DNA from: Octopus vulgaris
Lineage: Eukaryota
Length of the DNA: 64,000 nucleotides
NCBI GenBank assembly: GCA_951406725.2
Contig: OX597816.1
Span: forward strand, 141,360,001 to 141,424,000
Direction: 5' to 3'
Shown here piece by piece: positions 52,205-64,000 of the stretch (positions are counted from its first letter, which is position 1; every line of letters starts with the position of its first letter). Position numbers and translations under genes: made by a program. Under the pieces are notes generated by a model. The model saw only the letters and a list, made by a program, of their open reading frames with translations, searched no databases and was not told the origin of the DNA.

Positions 52205-52430
52205 TATGTGTGTGTATGTCTTTATGTCTGTGTTTTTCCCCACCACTGCTTGACAACTGGTGTTTGTGAGTTTACATTCTTATAACTTGGTGGTCCAGCA
52301 AAAGAGACTGATAGAATAATTACCAAGCTTTTAAAATGTAAGTGTGGGGGCCAATACATTTGACTAAAAATTCTTCAAGGCAGTGCCCCAATATGGCCAC
52401 AGACTAATGACTAAAACAAGTAAAAGATAA
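52205..52430 (+). mobile_element. SINE family A 3' half
   Basis: GCTTGACAACTGGTG...AAGGCAGTGCCCCAATATGGCCACAG...AACAAGTAAAAG. Preceded by a family C tail at about 52050-52205. Confidence 0.8.
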
Positions 52431-52438
52431 TATATATA

Positions 52439-52633
52439 TACTCTTTTACTTGTTTCAGTCATTTGACTGTGGCCATGCTGGAGCACCGCCTTTAATCGAG
52501 CAACTCGACCCTGGCACTTATTCTTCGTAAGCCCCGTACTTATTCTATCAGTCTGTTTTGCCGAACCGCTAAGTGACGGGGACATAAATACACCAGCATT
52601 GGTTGTCAAGCAATGCCAGGGGGACAAACACAA

Positions 52634-52711
<78 letters not shown>

Positions 52712-52872
52712 CGGGCTTCTTTCAGTTTCCGTCTACCAAATCCACTCACAAGGCTTTGGTTGGCCCGAGGCTATAGTAGAAGTCACTTGCCCATGGTGCC
52801 ATGCAGTGGGACTGAACCCGGAACCATGTGGTTGGTAAACAAGCTACTTACCATACAGCCACTCCTGCACCT
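52439..52872 (-). mobile_element. SINE family A, full length, young
   Basis: Nearly colinear with 45278-45689, with an expanded internal (TA)n. Confidence 0.92.
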
Positions 52873-52884
52873 ATATATATATAT

Positions 52885-52943
<59 letters not shown>

Positions 52944-53643
52944 TCATCATCTTTCCAAAAATTAACTGAGACATATAAGATAATATAGCAACAGATTAAT
53001 AGAAATAAAAAAACAACAAAAAGCCAGGATTGTCATGGCTTGAATATTTTTGATCAGTGGACCAGACGACTGCTTGATCAGGGCTGACCTGGTGTTAAAC
53101 AACATCAGCAAACACTACTATCACCAACAGTCTTCCAAGAGTCCAGTAGAAAACCATTAGGTCATGTATGTTGACTTGGCATGCATATATTTAGGGGTGT
53201 TGTGAAGTGTTTTCTGTGCATGAAAATCAATTTGTAGTATGTATTTGCTAAAACTTTCTGCAGATGAGTTATTTCAATGAACAAAAAATAAATATAAACC
53301 TGAAGAAAACCAAGAAAAATAAATAAGGGAAAACAGTCTAAATTTAAATTCAAGGTATGAATAATTTCATAATTAATAAAGAATACAAATGTGTTTTTCC
53401 TGCAAAATCTATAAATATTCTTCAATATAATATGAGATTTTTTGCTAATTAACAAGCTTTCAGATAAATTGAATTTTCTATTAATATGATATAATGTAAT
53501 ACACACACACACACATGTATATATGTATATGTGTATATTAATGTAATAGATAGAATATATAGATGTGTGTATGTGTATATACATATTAATGTAATATATG
53601 TGTGTGTGTATATATATATATATATATGTAATGTGCATGTGTA

Positions 53644-53691
<48 letters not shown>

Positions 53692-54599
53692 ACATAAAAA
53701 ATGCAAATTTATTATTTATTAAGTGGAAATTTATGACAGAAATATTTTATAATAGCAAAATTTGATTTTATAGCATTACTTTCACTTGATTGAATATCCA
53801 TAAAATTTTGAATTTAATTTTGAAATATTATCTAGAACTGATTTGTCATCATTCTGACTTGACTTCTAATTAATTTATTTATGTAAAAGAGTGAGTTTTT
53901 TGAGTTGAAAACTCATGAAAGATGGAACCAGTGACCACCACTATCAACAAGTAATAGAAGTAATAGCAGCATTAACAACAATAGTAGAAGTAGTAGTAAT
54001 ATTAGTAGCAAGAACAGTAGCAGCTGTTGTACTAACAGCATCAACAACATGAATTGTAGTTATAGATATAACATGACAAACAAAAATGTCAAGTTATCTC
54101 TTATCTAAGTTCTAAAATATATCTGTATGTGTGCATGTGTGTGTGTTTGTGTAGAGTAGAGAGGGAGGGAGTGAGGAAGCAAATGAGAGTGGAATTTGGG
54201 ATGCAGAATGACATGGAAACTACTGTTTTCATGGAGTAACAGGAGAAAAAAAAAGAAATAAATAGGAAAAAAGTAAAATAAAATATGATGTAAGCTATCT
54301 GAGAATGCCTCAAACTTAAAAAAAAATGACAGATAATTATAGTTTTGGGAAATATTCACATGCCAAAGAAGACCTTATCCTAGAGAGAAGAAGCAGAACA
54401 AATAAAGAAACTTATTAAAAAGAAAGACAGAATAAAAGTAAAAAAAAAATCTGCAATAGAAACTCGCTCTGAGAATATTCAATATTGGATGGTGGGAAAA
54501 CTAATCCAACTTAGATGCAGGGCTATTATCTAAGATGTTCAAATATAATCTGATGTGGCACATGGAATTTAAAACCAAAGCGATAACTATAACAACCCC

Positions 54600-54631
<32 letters not shown>

Positions 54632-55269
54632 TGGTAGTAGTAGTAATTTTTAGAACTATGAATAATAAAGATTATAAAACTTGAAACCTTTCTCAATGTA
54701 CAAAATATCAGACACGCTCATGTAAGCATGGAACCCTCTGAAGAGTCACCTAATCTAATTGAAACTGCAGTTAAATCTTCCTTAATCCACATCCTACCAT
54801 CTTTTTTTTAAAAAAAAAGAGGAAAAAAACACAATCAGAAAAAGATGTGATGGTCACAACTGAGATATTATGAGTTTGTTTGACCAGAGAGTTTGTTCTG
54901 AGCTGACTTTGGGGCTAAATAAGAATGGCAATGGACAGTTATCAAAACATTACACATGGCATTCTGATCTGTTATCTTGAAGATAATTATACAAAAATAT
55001 AACTACCATGCACACAGGGAAGAAGAGGCAAGATACAAATAAAGAACTATTATGAAGTAATTGCTTTATATCTAGAAAAATACTTTCAAGCAAGTAAAGT
55101 TAGAAATGTTTCTCAGTTTATTAGAAAACAACATAATACAAATGAGAATCTAATTAGGGTGAAGGGAAAGGTTTAGAAAATAATAAAATAACAGAAAAGG
55201 TAAAAAGAAAAAAAGATCAAATTAATTGGAAACTACAAAAAATACTCAAAAAAAAAAATGAACAAAACT

Positions 55270-55452
55270 CTTTATGGTCTGTATCCTGCAAGACTAGACA
55301 GAAGGTGAAATGAACCAATACTGAAAGCTAATATTGGCTCAAAGGCAGAATTAAAAGGTCTGAATTTTAGCAGCATAAGATTAACACTTTTTTACTAAAA
55401 TCTACAAAAATGAAATAATAAAACAAGGACTAATGGGAGTTGCAGACTATTT
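55270..55452 (+). mobile_element. R4/Dong-like LINE remnant (region upstream of the zinc knuckle)
   Basis: Fragments YGLYPARL, WLKG, ILAA*D* and GSCRL. Truncated by a hAT-like end at 55453. Confidence 0.45.
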
Positions 55453-56891
55453 CAGGGGTCAGCAAACTACAGCCAGAAGTCCAAATCTGGGCCACTGCCT
55501 CCTTTCATTCATGCTGCTGACTTTATTGAATAGGTGACAATAAATCCAACAGTTTTGTTTTCTTTATTTATCTTTGGCTAATGAACAATAAAATTCAGTA
55601 TTGAGAAACAGAGCAAAATCTTCATTTTGCAGTAGCTTCAAATGAAACGTCTTATATTAATACCAAAAGCAAAAATAAATTTCCTTCACATGGTAAAAAA
55701 TTAAAAGTTTCCCCAGGTGTAGTACTGGATCAGGAATTATCCATGTCTGTGGAAGACGATGCTGATAAAGTATAGAAACTAGGCAGGCAAATGTTATGCA
55801 CTAATTAGTATCATATACTAATTATTTATCAGTCAAATCAACATATTATAAATTTAACTAGAAACTATTGTTGAAACTTGGTTGTGGCTTTCTATAGCTA
55901 GAAGGAAGCTACAGTAACAGGAAACACAAATGAGTTACATATAAATATGAGTGTTCAGCTATAGTAGAACATGTGTGTAATTGATAAACAAAAAATTACA
56001 AGAAGAAACAAATAGAATGCTGGATCTGAGTAGCAGTTGTTTAGCTGTCTCTTTTTTTGGTGCAAAAATAATGTATCTAGAACTATATTATTTAATGCGT
56101 TCTTCTTCTTAAGTTGATAGAATAGTATTTGAGGGCAATTTGACTGTTACTTTTAGCAGGTTGCATGAGCACATAGACACTTCCCTGTTGGTTTGTTAAA
56201 CTGGAGTATTTATGTGATGGGACATTTACTTAGCTTTGAGTAGGATGTTGCCTGAATTGCAGAACTTCTTGAACAGACAATTAGTTTGCAGGACAGGACT
56301 ATCTGATAATAGATGTGTGAATACTGTGTCAGTCTGTTTACTGATATTGGTAATATCAGTCAGATATCACAAACATCTGATTCAGAAATCATTAATTAGG
56401 TGACAGTACAAGCTAATCATGATACTGAAACATGTGGTGTTAAGAAATATACAAAATTTGCATGAAATCTGAGAACTGGAATTAGAAAAGGTGACAGAGG
56501 TAGTGAAGGCGACTACCTTCTCTTATAGCAGTGCTTTGTCAAATGAGAAAAGAAATAAGAAACAAGAACAGAACAAAAACATTTGTTCACATCTAACATG
56601 TATTTCAAAAACTGGAATAATCAAGAACAACTGCAATGGAGAATCATTTTCTATGCCTAATACTTTAGAACAAGATTATTTCCCTTATTATGTGCTGTCA
56701 GTTTAGTATAATGATTTCAGGATATGTTTCATTTGATTTATAGCATACTAACTTGAGAGAAGAATTACAATGCAAGGAAGTGATAATACTAACTCACTGT
56801 CTTAGGTTATAGGATTTATGTTAGGTGACCAGTAGGCCTCTTCGTTCATGGTAGACAAATTAATAACTTTCATGTGAAATTTAAAAGAAAA

Positions 56892-56931
<40 letters not shown>

Positions 56932-58273
56932 CTAAAAAAGAAGAAAAGCAACTGAAAGGTCTTGTGTAAATATGAATGTTGGTTTACTAAAATATCTTCC
57001 TGCTTACATTAAGAAACATTGATTCTTTAAATCTAAGTGGTATTATCTTATTGTGTTTGATCACCAATAAATTTATAATAGACCAGTGTATTTCACCTTA
57101 TTAACAGATCAATAAAGGTAACTTTGAAGCTCTATTAATGTTATTCTTCATCTGATTTCACTTCCATAATGAAATTTGATAGAAAATTAGAAATTAAAAC
57201 ATTAAAAAAATAAAATCTGCCAACTATTGTTTGACTCACTTCTCTTCACATCATTGAAAATTCAATAGAAACTAATTTAAGAATACAAACGATCTTCCCC
57301 AGTCTAATAGTTTCTTTTCCAGAAAAATCCTTTTGACTGATTCAGTTCTAATGCTGTTAATTTCTTTGTAATGCAAATTCATTATAATAATCGACCAAAT
57401 TTGAATAGAAACAAACACAAAACAAAACAAAACAAGCACACATTCAAAATCAGTTTTCTTCTCAAATAATTGTAATGGTGGAATGTGATATTTTTGTAGG
57501 AGAAAACCTATCAAGACATGTACCAAAACATGAAAGAAAATCAGTTATCTACAAACATTTGTACATTGAATGGAAATAATCTTTGTTATAATGTCAATAT
57601 TATGAGACAAGAATAAATTTCATAACAAAGACTAATAGGATATTTTAAAATAAAACATACTATCAGCTAGCAGGATACAATTGGAAAAATTGTTCTATTC
57701 TAAAGGAGAATAAGGTGATTCCAATTTAATTGTTTATTCAGAAAGAGGTGGAACTAAAATGCCATATTACATTCTTTTAAAGTTCAAAACTTATCATGTT
57801 TATCAGGTGCCTATATTGCACAAGATTTTATATCAATAAATGAAATACATAGAATTGAGTGATTTTATTTCTTATTGCAGATGAGTTAAATATGTTCAAT
57901 TTCTGTATTATTTGGAACAATTTCAACATTGTTGTGTGACTTCTAGAAAGTGTACAACAAAGTTCTTACTTTTATTGGTTAAACATTGTATATTCTTATG
58001 TCAGTAATTTATTGATCAGATTCTATGTGTATTGCAGAAAATATTTTAAGAAACAATAGAGTGTTGGATAGAATACCTGCACAGTATTCGGTTTCCTATA
58101 TATATGTGTTGGGTTTGATTCCCACAGGAGAGTGGAAAAGAGAGTAACTTTGCCTTTCATATTGGTGTCTGATTGTCAATAAAACTGGAGTAATATCATG
58201 AGATTGATTTAAACCTCTTTAACCCCTTAATGAAAATCTTGATTATGAAACCAAGTGAACCTAATCAATATGA

Positions 58274-58699
58274 TTTGTATTAACATTATATCCCAATACT
58301 GGGATAAATAAGGACAAGTTCACAAATGAATTGTTGAGTCAAAGTAAAGTCATAAGATATTCATCAGAAGACAGCTGTTTGCTAGGTGGAAAATATTCAT
58401 CAGATGTAACAGTGTCCGAAGTTAGCTGTTTCCCAGACACAACAGTGTCAGAAGCTAGCAGTCCACAAGATATAGCAGTGCCAGAGGACAGACATCAGTC
58501 AGATGTAGCAGTGTCATATGACAACCAAAATGTAGCACAGTCAAGAGATAGATATCTACTGGATGTAGAAGTCTCAAAGAACAGATATAGACCAGATGTG
58601 TGGTGTAAGAAGACAATCACCCACCAGATGTAGTAGTATCAAAACAAAACCATCTACCAGATGTTGCGGTGTCAGAACAACATCTATACTATGCAAACG
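58274..58699 (+). repeat. 33-bp (11-aa) degenerate minisatellite within a 120-codon open frame; candidate exon or pseudo-exon
   Basis: About 9 units starting CAGATGTAGCAGTGTCAGA-like, encoding D-V-x-V-S-E. The frame is open from 58274 to 58633. Confidence 0.6.
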
Positions 58700-59089
58700 G
58701 TAATTTTTCCTATTTGTAATCATTACATGTTTATGCTATGTATGCTATATGCTGACCAACTTAAAATACAGCACCATATAGAAAAGTGATCAGGGCTCCG
58801 AAAATGTTGGAAAATTTTCTTCTAACACATAAGAAAAGATGACTATAACACATCAACTATTTCTGATTTACATCTTTCAGTCAGCCAATGTTGGATGGAT
58901 CTAACAATTTTCAACAATCTTATAAAATCTAAGATGGCCTGTAGGAAGAAAAATAAGATGTAAAAAATACATTGGCAATATATAACTGATTCTTTTACTC
59001 AATAACCAAATTTATCCTTGGGTATGTATTGTCTGCAATATTTCCAGACTGAATTCAGATGGCTATTAAATTGATTGTTAGATTTTATT

Positions 59090-59260
59090 TCATTTTCAGT
59101 CCTCAGCTTTTGATCTACTGTCTACATCCTTTGCATATCGTCATTACTACATAAGTTTCTGCCTCACTGAACTATCTAGATATATCAAACTACAAACAAA
59201 TTTCTTCCTTGTACTCATCGAGCTCCAGACATCTCATAATCCTCTCTACAACATGAAGAT
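59090..59260 (-). mobile_element. Possible RT remnant (RTE-like)
   Basis: Minus-strand fragments ERIMRCLELDE, GRNLC and RYAKDV resemble G.NINNLRYADD. Confidence 0.3.
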
Positions 59261-59288
59261 ATAGTCTCTACATGGTTGTTCAACTAAC

Positions 59289-59859
59289 TATTCGGTTGTC
59301 CAGAAAGTTTGTGCCGATTTTTAAAGGAAAGAGAAAAGTCAATAAATACTTGCCATTACATTTTTAATCAATCAAATATGAACCATTTTGTTGCACAATG
59401 CATCTCCATCTTTCCTTTAACTTGAAAATACCCACTTCCCAGAATTGAGGTAGTTTCATGGCAAAGAATTCATCAAGGCATCTTTTTATGTCATCCAAGG
59501 AATTGGAATTTTTACCATTAAGACTATTCTGCAGAGACCTGAATAAGTAGAAATCCGAAGGAGCAATATCTGGTGAATATGGAGGGTGAGGTAACACATC
59601 CCAGCCGAGCTGCAGCAATTTTTGTCTGGTTCCCAAAGCATCATGTACCGAAAATCAACTTTTTTTATCTTCCATTTTAAAGGGTTACAGAATTAACACA
59701 GGTTATAGGAACATAAACATTCTTCCACGAAAAGATAGCTTAAACTGTGCTCTAAATGGCGGTGTAGTAAAATCCTATTTTATGGACTCAACCATGTTCT
59801 AAAATAAGTCGAAAGGTAAGCTACTATATTTCGGCACAAACTTTCTGGACAACCCAATA
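59289..59859 (-). mobile_element. Internally deleted mariner element (571 bp)
   Basis: TA TSDs and 27-bp TIRs (26/27 match). Uninterrupted C-terminal 90 aa TRQKLLQLGWDVLPHPPYSPDIAPSDFYLFRSLQNSL...QNGSYLID. N-terminal MEDKK/VDFRYMMLWE starts at 59675. Confidence 0.95.
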
Positions 59860-60892
59860 GAAACAGCAACTAAATTACTCTTCAATCACATTCTACATCT
59901 TAAAAAGCAAGAAAGATACATTGAATAATCTAGACCTAGACACTCTTAGTTTGAAAACATGATGTGTTGATCATGACAGGAATCCCTTTATTATAGATTT
60001 GATGGATTAAAGTTGACTTGTGGCTAAACAACAGTGACAATCACAACATCCTATTTATTGTACTTTTCAAAAGCTTTATGCAAAACTTTATGCAAAACAG
60101 TAATTCTTTTAAAGAAGTATAATTATTCTGTTCTCTCTTCTGTAGTAATTTCAGATCATTTAAAAGCAACAACTTTTTACATTCTGAGTTCAAAGTCTAT
60201 TGATGTCAACTTATTTTGGGAGAAAATGCCAGAGCTGTTAGTGCATCAAGTAAAATGCCTTGCAATATTTATTCCAAATTTTTACATACTGAGTTCATAC
60301 CCAACCAAGGTCAACTCTGTCTTTCATCCTTCCTGGGTTGACAAATAAAGTACCAGTTTAGGGCAGTGGACTTGCAGAATTGTTCAAGCATTGGATGGGA
60401 TGTTTGACAATATTTGCTCTAGGTCTTTATTATCTGAGTTCAAACTTTGTTGTGACTAACTTGGGTGGTAGACTTAATTCATTGTACCATTGAGTATCAC
60501 CACCTGACCATTTGGTGCCTTTAGTGAAGTTACTCTGTTGCAAACATTTGAGTCAGTTTTCTGGTTTGTGGACACTTTCTTCTCTTGCTCTCATCAGTCA
60601 TGTAGGTCTCATGAAGGGTCATGGGCACTCTTATTTCTGACTAAGTGATAAAAAATCCTGAATAACTTCTAATCATATTAACTTTACTTAATTTTCCTAA
60701 CATTCTATTTTAAAATCGATCAAACAATGAATTTAACTTTGTTTAGTTAGACAGAAAAATATGAACAAAATACTCTCTAATGGCATACTTTATAAACTCT
60801 AAAAAGAAACAAATCCACTGATATCATTAAACATGTCTGTATTCAATATTTTGAATTGTTATTTTTACAACAGCAATATATATATATATATA

Positions 60893-61253
60893 TTCTTTTA
60901 TTTGTTTCAATCATCTGAATGTGGCTATGCTGGAGTAGAGCCTTTATTCGATGAAATCCACCCCAGGACTTATTCTTTGTAAGCCTAGTACTTGCCGAGC
61001 CAATATGTTACAGGGATGTAAACACACCAGCATCAGTTGTCAAGCGATGTTGGGGAGACAAACATACACACACACACACACAGATATATATACGACGGGC
61101 TTCTTTCAGTTTCCATCTACCAAATCCACTTACGAGGCATTGGTCAGCCCAAGGCTATAGTAGAAGACACTTGCCCAAGGTGCCACACAGTGGGACTGAA
61201 CCCAGAACCATATGGTTGGTAAGCAAGCCACTTACCACACAGCCACTCCTGTG

Positions 61254-61256
<3 letters not shown>
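60893..61256 (-). mobile_element. SINE family A, near full length
   Basis: Colinear with 45278-45689, with a short internal deletion. Confidence 0.9.
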
Positions 61257-61318
<62 letters not shown>

Positions 61319-61334
61319 CTGTGTGTGTGTGTGT

Positions 61335-61602
61335 GAGGATGCATGATTTAGTGGTTAGGGTGTAGCATTTATGATCTAGCAATTGTGATTTTAATTCCTA
61401 GATTTCCTCTCATGTTGCTTGGCAATCTCTTCAACACCTGATGTTTAGTACACCATGCACCTGTTCAGACAATGTCAATTTGATGCTGAAAGTGAGGTAA
61501 TGTGCAGCATGGACATTTGATCACTATAAACAAATCATTTGTGCAGGTCGTTTGGCAAAAGCTGAACACTCACACATCATCTTTGACAGGTGAGTCTATC
61601 AT
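61335..61602 (+). mobile_element. SINE family F
   Basis: TTTAGTGGTTAGGGTGTAGCA head and a 26-mer shared with the 37.6 kb copy. Confidence 0.6.
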
Positions 61603-63832
61603 ATATATATGTGTGTGTGTGTTATTAGTTATAATACTACTTCTTATTGCTACAAAGTGATAAAATAAAGAAAATATAAAAATTGCATATCAATTTTCAA
61701 AGGTTACAAAGATTCCACCATAATGCAATTGTATCACCCATAGCACATGACCTCAGACCAGATTACAGATCAAACAAGTGCAACTCACCATTGCAAACAG
61801 ACTTCCAAAGAATTGTGCAAAGATTAGCAATAATAAAAAATAGTTTTTTCCTCCCATCTCAGCAATTGATATTGAAATTGATATTTTTCTGATATTTTTT
61901 TTGGTTAAAAAAAATTTATTTCACATGAAATTTTTCATTAAACATTTCATGGCTGGGCAACCTTACTAATACCAACTATTCAATCGTTAAATAGAAGACA
62001 ATTATAAAACAAATGTTTAATCAAAATGGCTAAGACACATTAGTGAAGAAATGAATAATTTAAAGGAATCAGCAGTTGTAAAATTTACTATTGATTCAGT
62101 GAAAACGATTGGTGTTTAATAATTTTAAAATAATTTTGGTTGTTACCATTTAAATTGAGAGTCACATTCAAAAACAATATTACTGATCTATAATGAAAAA
62201 TTATTGTAAAATTTTAAATTGATTTCAACAGCAGATTTACTCCATATGAGAGAAGAATGTTAATTGGAAATCTAAAGCTATCTAACACATCCTGTAGTTT
62301 GAAGGTTTAGATAATCTGACTGATTGACTAATGATATCCTTGTAGCTTTTAAGACAAAACTATTGATGTTTCAAATAATCCTGAACATAACAAGTCTATG
62401 GTGTTTTGATCTTAACACCATATCTTTATCGTTCTCTTTAATCATTTGTTTCACTGAACACAATAAAGTTCACTACAGTAATTAACCTGCAACTGAAACT
62501 AATAGATAAAAAGAATAACAGATGTTATGTGAGATACTTTTGATGAAAAGTATGCTATTATTACTTTGTACCAGACCAACATTATGGAACTACCACTGGA
62601 GTAATGGATCATTGCCAAATACAAAGTAACAATTTACATGGAGATGATTTGGTTTTTAGACACACTAATACAGTACCTGGTCAGTTATATACCAGAGTGA
62701 TATTCTTAATATTCACTTCTTTTGTACCAACAACAAAGGCTTTTTTTCATGTTGCCATCTCTTTGCTAATTTCAGTGATCAAAGTTTTACAATATAAACT
62801 TATCATATGTGGTAGCTGAGAATGGGAGTAGATGGAGGAGGGTCAAAGCAGCATAGATTATGACAATAGATTAAAAATTATCATTCATAGAATAATGATA
62901 TATATGCTATAATACAGATAAAAAAGATAACCAAGCTGGTTATGATGGAAAATGAAAAAAAAAAAACAAAAAAAAAACAAGATTACACACTCACACAAAT
63001 CTTGGTACATAAACACACACATTTTCACATGCACGCTCTATCTCTATCTCATGCTCTTTCTCTTGCACACACACACACACACACTTTCACACATACATTC
63101 TCTCTCTCACACATATGGTAATATGTTTCTTTTGTTAGTTTACACACTAAAATGAAACACCTAATAATAATAAAGTGAGATAGATAGATAGAGAGAGTGA
63201 GAGTGAGAGAGACAGAGACAGAGAGAGCAGAAGAGACAGTCAAAAAGAGACACATCCAGAATAAGAGAAATAAACGAAATAAGATATGTATCTTCATTGA
63301 TGACAACAAAAAAAAGAAATGCTAGAGGTCAGTAGTAACATTCCAGTATGTCTAATTTTCCTCATTTTCTCTTATAAATTCTCTCTCTCTACGTGCACAT
63401 GCATGCACACAAACACACACACACATACACACACACACACACACACTCTTTGGCCTGATGCAGACAACATTTGCTGTAAAACAGTTGGTGAGCGAAAGAG
63501 CATCCAGTCATAGCAACAAACATTGTTAGTTTTTTTCCCTGTTGTTGTGTATGAGAGATGATAAAAGAGCATGGTAAGTGGCAAGCTACTGTGAGAGTGA
63601 TGATGTTTACAACACAGACACACACATACAATTTATTTGCAGCTGAAAAATAGATAGAACTGGGAATGTAATTAGCAGAGAGTAAAAATGCTTAAATATC
63701 ATAAGTGCTAGTTGATTAATATGGAATAATACAGGAATATTAGCAGTGAAAGGTACACTGATATAGTCATCATTTGAAAATGAGGGGTGGGGCTGTCTAA
63801 CATAGATAAGAATAGTTTATACATGACAATGT

Positions 63833-63986
63833 ATTAGGCATTAGAGCACTGATATATGTTAGCTAGTCAGGTGGCCTTTTCTTTTTAACTTAAGTCATTA
63901 AGAAGAAGTTTATTTTATACTCCAAGTGTAAAATATGAACCACAAATTAGGCATTAGAGCACTGACTGTATATGTTAGCTTGTCAG
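63833..63986. repeat. About 40-bp direct repeat, period 113 bp
   Basis: ATTAGGCATTAGAGCACTGA...TATATGTTAGCT(A/T)GTCAG starts at 63833 and 63946. Confidence 0.8.
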
Positions 63987-64000
63987 CTAACCATTGTTTT

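Noticed and set aside
53162-53706. Longest ORF in the track (177 aa) and similar YI/HT/CV-rich ORFs
   Set aside because: These are products of (TA)/(CA) microsatellites. The acceptor-like site near 53300 has no convincing donor.
54738-54772. Hammerhead-like CTGAAGAG...GAAACTGCAGT
   Set aside because: No stem I or stem II can form, and the sequence aligns with decayed family G repeats, so the match is coincidental.
56340-56360. 9-bp perfect hairpin ACTGATATT-GGT-AATATCAGT
   Set aside because: Short and AT-rich, so expected by chance in 64 kb.
60545-60600. Minus-strand CUGAUGA-GAG...CUC-AAA hammerhead-like core
   Set aside because: GAAA is missing, stems I and III are unconvincing, and there is only one copy in the window.

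Overview
AT-rich, CpG-depleted, microsatellite-dense eukaryotic DNA. The SINE, MITE and LINE families look like those of a coleoid cephalopod, most likely Octopus (recognised by pattern, not by search). No complete protein-coding gene, rRNA, tRNA or CRISPR array is present, and most ORFs in the supplied track are microsatellite artefacts. The window is intronic or intergenic and contains three distinct mariner elements with terminal inverted repeats (TIRs) and TA target-site duplications (TSDs), remnants of R4/Dong-like and RTE LINEs, pogo-like, piggyBac-like and hAT-like MITEs, many tRNA-derived SINEs and several local duplications. One plausible minus-strand coding exon lies at 42467-42584. 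The most unusual observations are two unrelated fold-back repeats carrying degenerate type I hammerhead-ribozyme cores (34.5 kb and 37.2 kb), a multi-hairpin element at 22.2 kb, a 33-bp/11-aa coding-like repeat at 58.4 kb, and a SINE fragment flanked by a 56-bp direct repeat at 25.2 kb.
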